Shown here one piece after another: positions 9,796 to 28,448 of a stretch of DNA of 64,000 nucleotides (position 1 is the stretch's first letter; each line of letters starts with the position of its first letter). Source of the stretch: an uncultured Chloroflexia bacterium (GTDB lineage: Bacteria; Chloroflexota; Limnocylindria; Limnocylindrales; CSP1-4); assembly GCA_963736545.1 (NCBI GenBank), contig CAVTPA010000001.1:1467248-1531247 (forward strand), read 5' to 3'. The translations under genes were made by a program, and so were the position numbers. Below the pieces are notes generated by a model that was not told where the DNA came from, ran no database searches, and saw only the letters and a program-made list of their open reading frames with translations.

Positions 9796-11403
9796 CTACG
9801 CGCGCAGAAGGCCCACGATCCCCTGGAGCGGGATCCCCACCCAGGCGGGGCGATTGTTGAGCTCGTACTCGAGCTCGTAGAGCGCCTTCTGCAGGAGGAA
9901 CGCCTCCAGGAGCGTCGCCCAGCCCTCGTCGTCGGGCGGGAGCATCGGCGCGGCGCCCACGGTCGACCGGTAGCCGGCCAGGAAGGCCGCCGAGACCCAC
10001 GCCGTCCAGGCGTGCACCCACGGTTCCAGGCGGGTGATGGTCGCGGCTCCCACCTCGCCCCCGCCGGCCCGCCGGACGAGGGTGCCCGACGCCGCGTACG
10101 AGAACGACCGCAGCATCCCCGCCACGTCGACGAGCGGCGACTGCTTCACCCGCCGCTCCGCCAGCGGGCGACCGGGCTCGCCCTCGAAGTCGATGATCGC
10201 GAAGTCGCGGACGGTGTCGAGCACCTGGCCCAGGTGGTAGTCGCCGTGGACCCGGATCCGGAGGCCGCCGGAGGGACGCTCGAGGAGCCGGGCCAGCCGG
10301 TCGTCGACGCCCGTGCGGAGGGCAAGAGCGGCCTCCGCGTCCGCTCGGGCCGCCTCCGGCAGCGTCGCCAGGCGGCGCCGGAGGAGGTCGAAGCCCCGGC
10401 GGGTCGCCATGCGGACGGCGCGGTGGACGGCACGGTGGTAGGCGGCGTCCGCCGGCTCGGGCGCGAAGGCCGGATCGTCGCCGACCGCGGCGAGCACGAG
10501 GTGGAGCTCGCCGGTCCGCTCCCCGAGGAGGCGGACGCGATCGAGGAACCCGCCCGCAACGTCGCGGATGGCGGCCGGCGGCCGCTGCCCGGCGAGCGCA
10601 AGAAGCCCGGCGGCCGACGTGGCCGCCGGCGGCGGGGCCTCGCCCCGGGTGGCCACAGCCTCGAGAACCTCCGCGAGCGTGTCGAGCGTCGACGACCAGG
10701 CGTCGCCTTCGTTGGGCACGAACGCCTGGAGGATCGCGGCCGCGCCCGCCTCCCCGCCGGCCGGCTCGTACTCGAGCGCGCCGGCGACGGCGGGTGCGTG
10801 CGCGAAGCCGCGGCGCGTCAGGATGCGGCCAACCTCGAGGTCGGGGCTCAGGCCGGCCTCCAGGCGCCGGTAGACCTTGAGGATGAGCCGCTCGCCGAGG
10901 ACGATCGAGGTGTTGCTCTGCTCGATGCGCGACGGGATCGCCCGCAGCCGCCGGCGCGCGTCGCCGCGCAGCTCTCGATAGGCTCCCGTTGGCCGTGCCA
11001 CGAGCTCGCCGCCGACCCCCTGCCAGCGGTCGCCGCGCCCGATCCCGGCCGCGAGCCGCTCGGCGACAGCCGGGATCCAGAGGGCGTCGACGAGGACGTC
11101 GCCCGCGGTCCCGGCCGGACCCACGACGGCCGCCGGCCGATCCGCCGCGATCGAGGCCGCGGCCGCGCCGTCGACGCGCGCCAGGGGCACGAGGTAGTCC
11201 TCGGCCTCTCCCTCGGCGTACTGGACGCCGAGCACGACGAGCGCCGCGTCCAGCCCGGCGACGTCGAGTGGCACGACGGCCGCGACCGCGGCAGCCGCCA
11301 CCCGACGGGCCTTGCCGCGGAACCAGCGCCGGTCGCGCGCCCAGGCGACGAGGACGTCGGCGATCCCGTCGCTCTGGAGCACGGCCGCAAGCCCCGGCGT
11401 CAT
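9796..11403 (-). CDS. mak: Maltokinase (Pep2/Mak; makes maltose-1-phosphate for GlgE)
   Basis: 535 aa, intact. Contains ...RDRRWFRGK..., HGDYHLGQVL and DFEGEPGRPLAERRVKQSPLVDVAGMLRSFSYA, characteristic of actinobacterial maltokinase. Confidence 0.75.
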   Translation of the reverse strand: MTPGLAAVLQSDGIADVLVAWARDRRWFRGKARRVAAAAVAAVVPLDVAGLDAALVVLGVQYAEGEAEDYLVPLARVDGAAAASIAADRPAAVVGPAGTAGDVLVDALWIPAVAERLAAGIGRGDRWQGVGGELVARPTGAYRELRGDARRRLRAIPSRIEQSNTSIVLGERLILKVYRRLEAGLSPDLEVGRILTRRGFAHAPAVAGALEYEPAGGEAGAAAILQAFVPNEGDAWSSTLDTLAEVLEAVATRGEAPPPAATSAAGLLALAGQRPPAAIRDVAGGFLDRVRLLGERTGELHLVLAAVGDDPAFAPEPADAAYHRAVHRAVRMATRRGFDLLRRRLATLPEAARADAEAALALRTGVDDRLARLLERPSGGLRIRVHGDYHLGQVLDTVRDFAIIDFEGEPGRPLAERRVKQSPLVDVAGMLRSFSYAASGTLVRRAGGGEVGAATITRLEPWVHAWTAWVSAAFLAGYRSTVGAAPMLPPDDEGWATLLEAFLLQKALYELEYELNNRPAWVGIPLQGIVGLLRA

Positions 11404-11407
11404 ACGG

Positions 11408-12223
11408 TCAGGCCGACCGCAGGTCGCGCCGGACGAACCCTGCGACGCCGATGCCGACGAGGATCGCCGTCGGCACGACCAGGGCGGCGTAGCGCCACGG
11501 CTCGCCCCCGTTCACGAGGGGATCGCCGGCGAGCGCCCAGTCCCAGGGAGAGAGGCCGGCCCACGGGCGCAGGTCGGCGCTCAACGGGAGGAGCGCCGCG
11601 ACGACGAACCCGCCGACGAGCACGCCGAGCCCGATCCCCAGCACCGCCGACGGCCGCGGCAGCCAGCCCGCGACCGCCAGCGCCAGGCCGCCGTGGAAGG
11701 CGCCGAGCAGGCCGCAGAGGACGATCGTGGTCGCGAGGCGGTCGGTGGCGATCTCGAGGCCGAACACCGCGTCGGAGGCGACCTGCGCAACCAGGGTCGC
11801 CGCCACGAGCACGACGAGCCAGACCAGCACCGCGCCGCCCCGCCCCAGGAAGACGGCCGCGCGGGAGACCGGCTGGGAGACGACGAGCTCGAGGCGACCG
11901 GCGTCCTCCTCGCCCGCCGTCATGCCGCCGGCGAACACGACCGCGGCCGCGCCGAAGAGCAGCGGGACGAGCAGGTCGTAGAGGTTGCCACGCAGGTAGC
12001 CGGCCGGCGAACTGAAGTCCTGCATCCCGAACGCCTCGATCAGCCCCGGCGGGACCTGCTCGAGCATCTGCTCGAGCATTGCTCCGAGCTCGGTTGCCCC
12101 CTTGAACGCCGGCCAGAACGCCACCGTCACCACGACGAGGGAGGCGATCGACGCCGCCCAGGCCATCGCGCTGCGCCAGCTGGCTCGCAGCGGGTCGAGG
12201 ACGAGGCCTGGCGCGCGGCTCAC
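11408..12223 (-). CDS. ABC-2 type transporter permease
   Basis: C-terminal 271 aa of ORF 11408..13174. GTG start at 12223 overlaps the ATPase stop (GTGA). Six predicted TM segments; downstream partner of the ATPase. Confidence 0.7.
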   Translation of the reverse strand: MSRAPGLVLDPLRASWRSAMAWAASIASLVVVTVAFWPAFKGATELGAMLEQMLEQVPPGLIEAFGMQDFSSPAGYLRGNLYDLLVPLLFGAAAVVFAGGMTAGEEDAGRLELVVSQPVSRAAVFLGRGGAVLVWLVVLVAATLVAQVASDAVFGLEIATDRLATTIVLCGLLGAFHGGLALAVAGWLPRPSAVLGIGLGVLVGGFVVAALLPLSADLRPWAGLSPWDWALAGDPLVNGGEPWRYAALVVPTAILVGIGVAGFVRRDLRSA

Positions 12224-13131
12224 GACCGGCCCCCGTCGTAGAGGCGGAGGACCGCCTCCTCGAGATCCGGTTCCTCGACGAGCAGGGCCGTGACCTCGTG
12301 GTCCGCGAGGGTCCGGACCAGCGGGCCGATCGGGCCCGTCAGCGTGGCAGTGAACCGGCGACCCTCGGCCTCCTGGTCGACGAGCCCCGCCACCGCCGCG
12401 AGCGCAGCGACCGGAGCCTCCCCCTCGAACCAGGCCTCCACCCGCTGGCTGACGCGCCCCCGGAGCTCGTCCACGGTGCCGTCGGCGACGACCCGTCCCT
12501 CCCGGAGGACGACGACACGGTCCGCGGCCCGCTGGACCTCGCTGAGCACGTGCGAGGAGAGCAGGACCGTGGCTCCGCCGTCCCGGGCCTCGCGCGCGAG
12601 GCGCAGGAACTCGCGTTGCATGAGGGGGTCGAGCCCATTCGTCGGCTCGTCGAGCACGAGGAGCTCGACCGGCCACAGGAAGGCCAGCATGAGGGCAACC
12701 TTGCGGCGGTTGCCGGACGAGAGCGACCGCATCGGCCGTCCCAGGTCGAGCTCGAGGCGCGCGGCGAGCTCGTCCCGCCGGGCGAGGTCGAACGGGCCCC
12801 GCAGGCGACCGAGCGACTCGGCGAGCTGGGCCGCCGTCGGCCGCTCGGGAAGTCGCAGCTCGCCGGGCAGATATGCCAGGCGCGAGCGCACCGCGACCCC
12901 GTTGCGCCGCACGTCGAGGCCGAAGACGCGGACGTGCCCCGACGTCGGACGCAGCAGGTCGAGCAGGCAACGGATCGTCGTCGACTTGCCGGCCCCGTTC
13001 GGGCCGAGGAATCCGAGGATCTCGCCGCGCCGCACCGTGAACGAGATGCCCCGGACGGCGTGCGTCGAGCCATAGTCCTTGACCAGGTCCTCGACCGCGA
13101 CGACCTCGGGGGGAGCGACTGCGGGCGCCAT
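12220..13131 (-). CDS. ABC transporter ATP-binding protein
   Basis: 303 aa. Walker A GPNGAGKST, signature LSSGNRRK, Walker B LLVLDEPTNGLD. Confidence 0.9.
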   Translation of the reverse strand: MAPAVAPPEVVAVEDLVKDYGSTHAVRGISFTVRRGEILGFLGPNGAGKSTTIRCLLDLLRPTSGHVRVFGLDVRRNGVAVRSRLAYLPGELRLPERPTAAQLAESLGRLRGPFDLARRDELAARLELDLGRPMRSLSSGNRRKVALMLAFLWPVELLVLDEPTNGLDPLMQREFLRLAREARDGGATVLLSSHVLSEVQRAADRVVVLREGRVVADGTVDELRGRVSQRVEAWFEGEAPVAALAAVAGLVDQEAEGRRFTATLTGPIGPLVRTLADHEVTALLVEEPDLEEAVLRLYDGGRS

Positions 13132-13282
13132 GGTGCCTCCGCCGCGGCGGGCCTGGCGGCCCGCGCCCGCCCATTATCCGCGCCGGGAGGACCGCGCCGC
13201 CGTCTCGAACCGGCTAGCCTTGTGGCATCGGCCGCGGGTTCGGCGCTCCCGACCCGCGCCGCCCAGGCGGAGGTGGCTGCCC

Positions 13283-14504
13283 GTGTCGTCCGTCGAGAAG
13301 GTCGCGCTCTTCACGAACGAGTACCCGCCGCACGTGTACGGCGGGGCCGGCGTGCACGTCGAGTACCTGAGCCGCGAGCTGGCCCGCCTCGTCCCGGTCG
13401 AGGTGCGCTGCTTCGGCGACCAGGACGTCGACCGAGCCGAACCTGCGCGTCCGCGGCTACGGCCCTGGGCCGAGGCGCGCGAGAACACCGACCCGCGGTT
13501 CGGCGGCGCGCTCGACGCCCTCCAGCGCAGCCTGGCGATGGCCAAGGACACGCTCGACGCCGACGTCGTCCACTGCCACACCTGGTACACCCACATGGGC
13601 GGCTTCCTCGCCAAGCCGGCTGTGGGACGTGCCGCTCGTCATCACGACCCACTCGCTCGAGCCGCTGCGACCCTGGAAGGTCGAGCAGCTCGGCAACGCC
13701 TACGGCCTGTCGGCCTGGATCGAGCGGACGGCGATCGAGAGCGCCGACGCCGTCATCGCGGTGTCGCAGGAGACCCGCGCCGACGTCCTCCGCCACTTCG
13801 CGGTGCCGGCGGAGCGGGTCCACGTCATCCACAACGGCATCGACCTCGACGAGTACCGGCCGGACCCCGGCGTGGACGCCCTGGTCCGGTACGGCATCGA
13901 CCCCGACCGCCCGTACGTGCTCTTCGTCGGCCGGATCACCCGCCAGAAGGGGATCATCCACCTCGTCAACGCGATCCCGGCGATCGACCCGTCGCTGCAG
14001 GTCGTGCTCTGCGCCGGTGCCCCCGACACCCCGGAGATCGGCGAGGAGATGGCAGACCGGGTGGCCGAGGTCGAGCGCCGACCGTGCGGACGTGATCTGG
14101 GTCCGGGAGATGGTCCCCCGGGCGGATGCCGATCCAGCTCTACTCCCACGCCGCGGTCTTCTGCTGCCCGTCGGTCTACGAGCCGTTCGGCATCATCAAC
14201 CTCGAGGCGATGGCCTGCGAGACGGCCGTCGTCGCGTCCGCGGTCGGCGGCATCCCCGAGGTCGTCGTCCCGGAGGAGACCGGGCTGCTCGTCGATCTCG
14301 AGATCCGCGCCGGGGACCTTCGACCCAGTCGACCCGGCGCGCTTCTCCGCCGACCTCGCCGCCGCCGTCAACCGCGTCGGCCTCGACCCGGCGCTCCGCG
14401 AGCGGTTCGGGCGGGCCGGCCGGCGGCGCGTCGAGGAGCACTTCAGCTGGGCCGCCATCGCCCGGGAGACGATGGACCTGTACCGATCGGTCGCCGGCGG
14501 CTGA
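13283..14504 (+). pseudogene. glgA: GT4 glycogen synthase / maltose-1-phosphate synthase (GlgA/GlgM-like), reading frame broken several times
   Basis: Homologous pieces lie in three frames: VALFTNEYPPHVYGGAGVHV (13079 frame), VITTHSLEPLRPWK...FVGRITRQKG (13629 frame), [26 protein letters not shown] (14126 frame), then back to the 13629 frame for the C-terminus. Shifts are near 13480, 13620, 14090 and 14320. Confidence 0.75.
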
Positions 14505-14553
14505 CCGTTCGGGCCGACCTACAGTCACGCTGCACGATCTCGGAGGAGCACCT

Positions 14554-16553
<2,000 letters not shown>

Positions 16554-16654
16554 CGGCGCGGCGGGTCCCGCCGGCCGGCACCCGCGGGCACGGCCGTTCG
16601 GCACTCCCCGGTGACGCCGGCCGCGGCGTTCAATCGACGCGGAAGGAGTCAGCC

Positions 16655-16966
16655 ATGGCCGAGACATCCGCCGCCACGGGATCCGACGAGGCCCCGCAGG
16701 ACTTCGCGGTCGAGGAGGTGATCGAGGACGGCCTCGTCGCCGGCCGCCCGGTGGAGGACCGCAGCTTCGAGATCGTCGAGGTCGCCACCGGCGCGTCCCT
16801 GGGGATCGCGATCGGCGCCGTCGTCGGTGGCCCGATCGGGGCCGGGATCGGCGGCGTCGTCGGGGCGGCCGCGGGGTTCATCGCCGGCGAGTCGCTCGAG
16901 CACGCGGTCGGACGCGCCGCCGAGACGACCGACGCGACGGAGACCGAGCCGGCGACGAGCGCCTGA
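16655..16966 (+). CDS. Small acidic protein with a glycine-zipper membrane segment
   Basis: ATG at 16655 after GGAAGGAG. 103 aa with GASLGIAIGAVVGGPIGAGIGGVVGAAAGFIAG. Confidence 0.5.
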   Translation: MAETSAATGSDEAPQDFAVEEVIEDGLVAGRPVEDRSFEIVEVATGASLGIAIGAVVGGPIGAGIGGVVGAAAGFIAGESLEHAVGRAAETTDATETEPATSA

Positions 16967-17074
16967 ACCGGCGCGCCACCGGCGCGCCCTCCCCTCGGCG
17001 CGCGAACCGCGGTCGCCCACGAATGCGTTCGTGGTCACGGAGCGTGGCCGGGGCGCCTGCGCCCCCGGACGCGA

Positions 17075-17109
17075 GAACGCCCGGCGAGTGCCGGGCGTTC
17101 CTTCCTTCT
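17075..17109. terminator. Intrinsic terminator hairpin between convergent genes
   Basis: Perfect 11-bp stem GAACGCCCGGC-GAGT-GCCGGGCGTTC (17075-17100) followed by CTTCCTTCT. It lies between the stops at 16966 (+) and 17123 (-). Confidence 0.55.
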
Positions 17110-17122
17110 GCGGAGCGGCTGG

Positions 17123-18717
<1,595 letters not shown>

Positions 18718-18898
18718 GAGGGCTGTCTCCTCCGGGTCTCGCGGATCGCGGCGCGATCGGCTGTTGACGATGGGACAAGATGCGATGAGTGCGGCGTGAG
18801 CGTGGCGGGTCGTGGCTCCCGTCGGCACCACCCATTGGTCCTGCCCGGGTACCGGGCCAGGCCGATGCGGCGGCGGCCGCGGGGGCTGCGGCCGCGAG

Positions 18899-21871
18899 TC
18901 AGGGGATCGGAACGAGGTCGAGCAGTGAGCTGCGCGCCGGGGGATCGCCGGCCGGGCGCTTCGCGTTGAAGACGGAGACGAAGACGTCGCCCGAGACGGT
19001 CTTCGACCCGCCGGATCCGACGAGCGTCACGCTGACGAGGCGGCCAGAGACGCCGCGGTTCCGGAGGTCGAGGGCCGACAGCGTCCCGACGTTGGTCCGG
19101 CTGTCCGCGCCGAAGATCGCCGAGAGCTGGGCCCGCGTGTACGTCGCCGTCTTCCACGTGGCGTACGGCGCGTCCTTGTCGTACGCGACACCGGACGCCG
19201 TGCGGTCGGCGCTGCCGCGGAGGTAGCTCACCGGCCCGGCGACGGTCGCCCCCGTGGCCGAGACGAACACGTTCTCGTTGTGCTCGGTCGCGCCGCCGCC
19301 GGTCGAGTGGAACAGGGCGTTGACGATCGCGGAGCCGCTCCGCAGCACCTGGCCCGCGGTCGCGTTGACGACTGCGTCCGCCGCAGCCGTCTCGCGACGG
19401 ACGCCCTGGTACACCTGGGAGCGCGTGTCGTCGTACACGTCGAACGTGGAGGCGCCCGGGCGGAGCCGGTAGGCCGCGTACGATCGGGCTGCGATCGTCT
19501 GCGCCGTCCTCGCGGCCACGGGCCAGGACGACGGCATCTCGGCGGGCACGACGCCGCGGAGGTACGTCTCGAGTGGGAGCTCGTTGACGACGTCGACCTT
19601 CGCCCCGCCGACGAGGATCCGCAGGGTGCCGCGGTACAGGTCGTAGGTCGCCGATCGCGCTGGCAGCTGGAAGGTCGTGGCCGCGGTCGTCCCGCGGACC
19701 CGCAGATCGAGCGGGGCAGCCGCGTCGCGGATCACCGTTCCCGTCGGCCCGTCGACGACGAGGCGCCAGGTGGTCGCCGTGCCGACCGTCGTCGGGACCA
19801 GGCGGAGCCGGGCGTCCTTCGGGAACGTCGCGTCGATGCCGTCGATCGACCAGGTCCCTCCCCGGCCGGTCACGACGAGAGGGCTCGCCGCGGTGGGCCG
19901 GTGGTCGTCGAGGAGGAGGACGCGGATCGTCGTGCTCGCGGGGATCGACCCGATCGTCGTGTTGCGGTAGTAGTGGGCGAGGATCGCGGCGGCGTCCTGG
20001 CCCGCGAGGGCACGCCCACGCGCTCCGTGCTGCGACAGGCCGACGCCGTGACCCCAGCCGCGGCCATGGAAGGTGACGCTCGCCGGGAGGGTCGTCCCGC
20101 CGGCCGAGCCTGTCGGGGCGGCCCTGAGCACGCCCGTGGCGGCATAGAGGTAGGTGACGCCGTAGAGGGAGCCGACGGACCTGCCGTTGACGTGGGTGAC
20201 CCGGTACCACGACGAGCCCGACTTCGTGCCCGCGCAGACGGTGCTCCACGAGGAGCCGGCGACGGTGGCGGCGACGGTCACCGTGGCGCTCGTGGCGAGC
20301 GTGACCTTGATCGGCCTGCTCGTCGACGTCCCCGTCCGGAGGTTCACCCCGCTGCAGGCGGGGACCATCGCGGTGGACGCGGCCGGGGTCGGCGTCGGGC
20401 TGGGCGTGGGCGTCGGCGTGGGTGTGGGTGTGGGGGTGGGAGCCGGGGTCGGCGTCGGCGTTGGCGTCGGGGTCGGGGTTGGAGCCGCCGCCGGTGCCGC
20501 CTTGAGGACGCCCCTGGCGGCGTACAGGGCCGCGACCCCGTAGAGGGAGCGCACCGTCTTCCCGTTGACGTGGGTGACGCGGTACCACCTCGAGCCCGAC
20601 GTCGGCCCCGCGCACACGGTGTTCCACGTCGAGCCGACGACCGTCGCGCTCACGATGACGCGGGCGCCGGCGCCGAGGCGGGCTTTGACCGCGTGGCTCG
20701 TCGAGGTCCCCGTCCGGAGGTTGACGCCGCTGCAGGCCGTCACCATCGCGGTCGCAGCTGGGGAGGGAGCCGGCGTCGGTGTCGCCGCAGGCGTCGGGGT
20801 GGGCGGGGGCTTCGGTGTTGGCGCGGGGGTCGGCTTCGGCGTGGGAGTGCGGGCAGGGCCGGGCCTGAACGTCGTCGAGGCGGCGTCGGCGAAGAGGCAG
20901 GCGAAGTACGTCTTCGTCGTGCCGGGTACGGTCGCCGTGCCGCAGCCGAAACGCTTGTACGTCGCCAGCTCCGACGTGCGGTGCGGCGACGAGCTCATGA
21001 AGCTGCGCTGGGCCAGCGCGACCGTCCGGGGTGCCGATGTCGTCCCGCCCTTGCAGCTCGCCCCGTCGATGTCGCAGCCGAGGCGGTACGTCGCGGCCGC
21101 GGTGTCGCGGTCGTTCCAGTGGAGGATCTCGCTGCGGGCCTGCGTGTACCCGAACACCGTGCGGACGATGTCGAGCGCTCGGTACGGTGTCGTGGTCCCG
21201 GCCACGTTGCAGCCCTTGACCGAGTGCGCGAAGTACGAGCGCGCGGCAAGGTCCGCGGCCCGGCCCCGCAACACGAGCGACGGCTTCGTGGGGCAGGCAA
21301 AGGGGGCGTCGCGCGCGATCGCGACCAGACCGGCGTCGACGACGAAGGCGGGCTTCCCGAGCGCCTTGCGGTCGAGGTTCACGAGGCGCATGAGCTCCGC
21401 GCCGAGCTTGTCCGACGAGGCGGCGGGTGTCGGCGCGGGTGTCGGGAGCGGCGTGGCGGCGGGCGTCGGGGACGGACTCGACGACGCGGCAGGGGCGGCC
21501 CTGAGCACGCCCGTGGCGGCATAGAGGTAGGTGACGCCGTAGAGGGAGCCGACGGACGTGCCGTTGACGTGGGTGACCCGGTACCACGACGAGCCCGACT
21601 TCGTGCCCGCGCAGACGGTGCTCCACGAGGAGCCGGCGACGGTGGCGGCGACGGTCACCGTGGCGCTCGTGGCGAGCGTGACCTTGATCGGCCTGCTCGT
21701 CGACGTCCCCGTCCGGAGGTTCACCCCGCTGCAGGCGGGGACCATCGCGGTCGACGCGGCCCGGACGCCGGCCGGGGCGAGCACGGGCACGGCCAGGAGC
21801 ACGGCCAGCCCGATCGCCGCCCAGGCTGCGGACAAGCGGCTCCGCGGGGCGCGGGGATGGGGGAATGGCAC
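18899..21871 (-). CDS. Secreted mosaic cell-wall protein: three SH3b-like repeats, a CAP/SCP-like domain and a C-terminal SpoIID/LytB domain
   Basis: GTG at 21871 with GGAGGA 5 nt upstream. Signal peptide [19 protein letters not shown]. Repeat [14 protein letters not shown]...WYRVTHVNG...LYAA occurs three times. CAP-like segment follows [12 protein letters not shown]. SpoIID-type region: [17 protein letters not shown]...[12 protein letters not shown]. Confidence 0.8.
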   Translation of the reverse strand: MPFPHPRAPRSRLSAAWAAIGLAVLLAVPVLAPAGVRAASTAMVPACSGVNLRTGTSTSRPIKVTLATSATVTVAATVAGSSWSTVCAGTKSGSSWYRVTHVNGTSVGSLYGVTYLYAATGVLRAAPAASSSPSPTPAATPLPTPAPTPAASSDKLGAELMRLVNLDRKALGKPAFVVDAGLVAIARDAPFACPTKPSLVLRGRAADLAARSYFAHSVKGCNVAGTTTPYRALDIVRTVFGYTQARSEILHWNDRDTAAATYRLGCDIDGASCKGGTTSAPRTVALAQRSFMSSSPHRTSELATYKRFGCGTATVPGTTKTYFACLFADAASTTFRPGPARTPTPKPTPAPTPKPPPTPTPAATPTPAPSPAATAMVTACSGVNLRTGTSTSHAVKARLGAGARVIVSATVVGSTWNTVCAGPTSGSRWYRVTHVNGKTVRSLYGVAALYAARGVLKAAPAAAPTPTPTPTPTPTPAPTPTPTPTPTPTPSPTPTPAASTAMVPACSGVNLRTGTSTSRPIKVTLATSATVTVAATVAGSSWSTVCAGTKSGSSWYRVTHVNGRSVGSLYGVTYLYAATGVLRAAPTGSAGGTTLPASVTFHGRGWGHGVGLSQHGARGRALAGQDAAAILAHYYRNTTIGSIPASTTIRVLLLDDHRPTAASPLVVTGRGGTWSIDGIDATFPKDARLRLVPTTVGTATTWRLVVDGPTGTVIRDAAAPLDLRVRGTTAATTFQLPARSATYDLYRGTLRILVGGAKVDVVNELPLETYLRGVVPAEMPSSWPVAARTAQTIAARSYAAYRLRPGASTFDVYDDTRSQVYQGVRRETAAADAVVNATAGQVLRSGSAIVNALFHSTGGGATEHNENVFVSATGATVAGPVSYLRGSADRTASGVAYDKDAPYATWKTATYTRAQLSAIFGADSRTNVGTLSALDLRNRGVSGRLVSVTLVGSGGSKTVSGDVFVSVFNAKRPAGDPPARSSLLDLVPIP
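20115..20384. repeat. Intragenic 270-bp direct repeat, copy A (third SH3-like module)
   Basis: 268/270 identical to 21492-21761 (offset 1377 bp). Mismatches are only at 20181 and 20375. The same antisense peptide appears in ORFs 20187..20543 and 21558..21959. Confidence 0.9.
21492..21761. repeat. Intragenic 270-bp direct repeat, copy B (first SH3-like module)
   Basis: See copy A. The middle module (about 20535-20760) is clearly diverged from both. Confidence 0.9.
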
Positions 21872-21998
21872 GAACGTCCTCCTTCGACGCTGCCAAGAGT
21901 GGCGAGCGCCGGAGGTCCTGCCTACGACCCAACGGGGCCACACCGGACCCCACCCATAGGTGCTAGTGCCGGTCGCACGTGGGGCGTTGCTTGCGCCG

Positions 21999-22028
21999 TT
22001 GCGCAAACACGCAATCCCGACGTATCAT
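21999..22028 (+). promoter_or_regulatory. Candidate sigma-70-type promoter (TTGCGC-18 nt-TATCAT) with overlapping TTGCGC-CG-TTGCGC-AA repeat/palindrome
   Basis: Lies in the divergent 199-bp intergenic region, 42 nt upstream of the DUF302 ATG. The TTGCGC(21991)/GCGCAA(22001) inverted repeat could be an operator. Pattern match only. Confidence 0.3.
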
Positions 22029-22069
22029 CCGGGCGTCGACCGCACGTCCCGCCACCTGCCGGAGCTCCG

Positions 22070-22477
22070 ATGAACGTCCAGACCCGCTACTCGTTCGGGA
22101 CCCGCGTCGCCGGGTCCGTCGCCGACCTTCGCCCCGCCGTCGAGGCCGCCCTCCGATCCGAGGGCTTCGGCATCCTCACCGAGATCGACGTCGCGGCGAC
22201 GCTGAAGGCGAAGCTGGGCGTCGAACGGCCGCCGTACGTGATCCTCGGCGCCTGCAACCCTCCGCTCGCCCATCGCGCCATCGAGGCCGAGGCGTCGATC
22301 GGGACGCTCCTCCCGTGCAACGTCGTCCTGCGCGCCGACGGCGACGGGACGATCGTCGAGGCGATGGACCCGGCCGCCGCGATGGCGATGAGCGACGCCC
22401 CGGGCCTCGCCGACGTCGCCGCGGACGTCCGGTCGCGGCTGGAGCGGGTCATCGCCGCGGTCGAGGCGGGCGCGTGA
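22070..22477 (+). CDS. DUF302 domain protein
   Basis: 135 aa at the end of artefactual ORF 19280..22477: MNVQTRYSF...GFGILTEIDVAATLKAKLG...YVILGACNPPLAHRA...LLPCNVVL, the typical DUF302 pattern. Confidence 0.7.
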   Translation: MNVQTRYSFGTRVAGSVADLRPAVEAALRSEGFGILTEIDVAATLKAKLGVERPPYVILGACNPPLAHRAIEAEASIGTLLPCNVVLRADGDGTIVEAMDPAAAMAMSDAPGLADVAADVRSRLERVIAAVEAGA

Positions 22478-23037
22478 CCGACGGCACGCCCGGCGTGTCC
22501 CGCGCAAACGCCACCGCGCCGGGCGCGGGGGTCCGGGAGCTCCTGGCCGACCCACGGTTCCTCGCTTGGGCGGCAATCGCCACGGTCGGCTCGCTCCTGG
22601 CCTTCGGGCTCGTCAGCGCGATCATCCCGAACCCCGTCTTCGGCCGGGAGATCCCGCCGGAGCCGTTCGCCATCGCCGTCTGGCTGATCTCGGCACCGCT
22701 CATGGGCGTGATCGTGGCGACGTACCTCGCCCCGCCGCCGGGCGTGCCCGTGGCGCTCGGGGACGGGCGTGCGGCGGTCCCGCCGCCCCGGCAGGTCGAC
22801 GCCGCCGAGCAGCGCCGCTCGCTCCTCGGCTACGCGGGCGGCTTCGCCGCGTTCCTCGCGATCGGCTGCCCCGTCTGCAACAAGATCGCGCTCGTCGCCC
22901 TCGGCACGAGCGGGGCCCTGACGATCTGGGCGCCGCTCCAGCCGATCGTCGGCGCCGCTTCGCTCGTCCTGCTCGCCGGCACCGTCGCCTGGCGGCTGCG
23001 CGCGCGTGCTCGCGGAGGCGCCTGCGCGGTCGCCTGA
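22474..23037 (+). CDS. Membrane protein with intramembrane CPVC (CxxC) motif, translationally coupled to DUF302
   Basis: GTG at 22474 overlaps the DUF302 stop (GTGA). Four predicted TM segments; FLAIGCPVCNKIALVALG. Family not recognised. Confidence 0.55.
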   Translation: MTDGTPGVSRANATAPGAGVRELLADPRFLAWAAIATVGSLLAFGLVSAIIPNPVFGREIPPEPFAIAVWLISAPLMGVIVATYLAPPPGVPVALGDGRAAVPPPRQVDAAEQRRSLLGYAGGFAAFLAIGCPVCNKIALVALGTSGALTIWAPLQPIVGAASLVLLAGTVAWRLRARARGGACAVA

Positions 23038-24134
23038 CGTCGGGCGCGGACGGCGCGTTCGCGGTCAGGCGCGATCGCGCGCCCAGCCGGTCACCGCGGC
23101 CACGGCGCGCCGCCACTCCGCGTCGCCCTCGGCCCGGGCATCGTCGCCGAGCCGCGGCTCGAACACCGTCGTCGTCCCGGGGAGCGGCGGCAGGTCCGCC
23201 TCCCCGGCCCACGTGCCGGCGCCGATCCCGGCGAGGAGCGCCGCCGCGCGCGCGGTCGTCTCGCCGAAGGACGAGCGGAGGACGGGGATCCCCAACCGGT
23301 CGGCCTGGATCGCGCAGGCCGCGTCGCTCGCGGCAAGGCCGCCGCCGACGCGGAGCGACGTCACCGTCACGCCCGTCCGACCCCGGATCTCGGCGAGGAT
23401 CGCGGCGACCTGGAAGCCGATGGAGTCGAGGAAGGCCCGCGCGACGTGGGCCCGGGTGTGACCGAGGGTGAGGCCGAGGATCGTCCCCCGGGCGTCGCGG
23501 ACGTCGTACGGGACGTTCAGGCCGGTGAACGCCGGCACGAAGACGACGCCGCCCGCATCCGGGACCGAGGCTGCCAGCTCGCCGAGCTCCTCGTCGCGGT
23601 CGATGATGCGGGCGCCTTCGCGGAGCCAGCGGACGGCCGCCCCGGTGACGGTCGTGTCGGCCTCGAGGCAGTGCGATGCCCGATCGTCGAGCAGCCAGGC
23701 GAGGTACACCTTGATCGTCGCCAGGTCCGGCGCCGCCTCGCCCAGGCAGACGTTCACGAAGGATGCTGTCCCGTGGGTCGCCTCCGCGTCGCCGACCTGC
23801 CGGCAGTCGTAGCCGAAGAGGGCGCCCTGCTGGTCGGCGATCATCGCCCGGACCGGCACCCGGACGCCGTCGACCTCGAGCCAGCCGAAGTCCGCGACGG
23901 TGGGGGCGACCTCGGGCAACGCGGCCCGGGGCACCTCGAGGTAGTCGAGCCAGTCCTGCCACCAGTCCCGGGCCCGGAAGTCCCACAGGCAGATGCTCTG
24001 GGCGAGCGAGACGTCGGTGCGCAGGCCGTCCTGGCCGCCGAGCGCGTGGACGACCCACGCGGCCGACGGCCCGATCCGCAGGGTGCCGTCGCGGGCGGCA
24101 TCGCGAACGACCGGGTCGTTGGCCATCCGCCACT

Positions 24135-28444
<4,310 letters not shown>

Positions 28445-28448
<4 letters not shown>

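Noticed and set aside
20115-21761. The template/variable repeat pair of a diversity-generating retroelement.
   Set aside because: There is no reverse transcriptase or accessory gene nearby. The two copies differ at only 2 positions, both C/G swaps rather than adenine-specific changes. Both copies are in-frame modules of the same protein.
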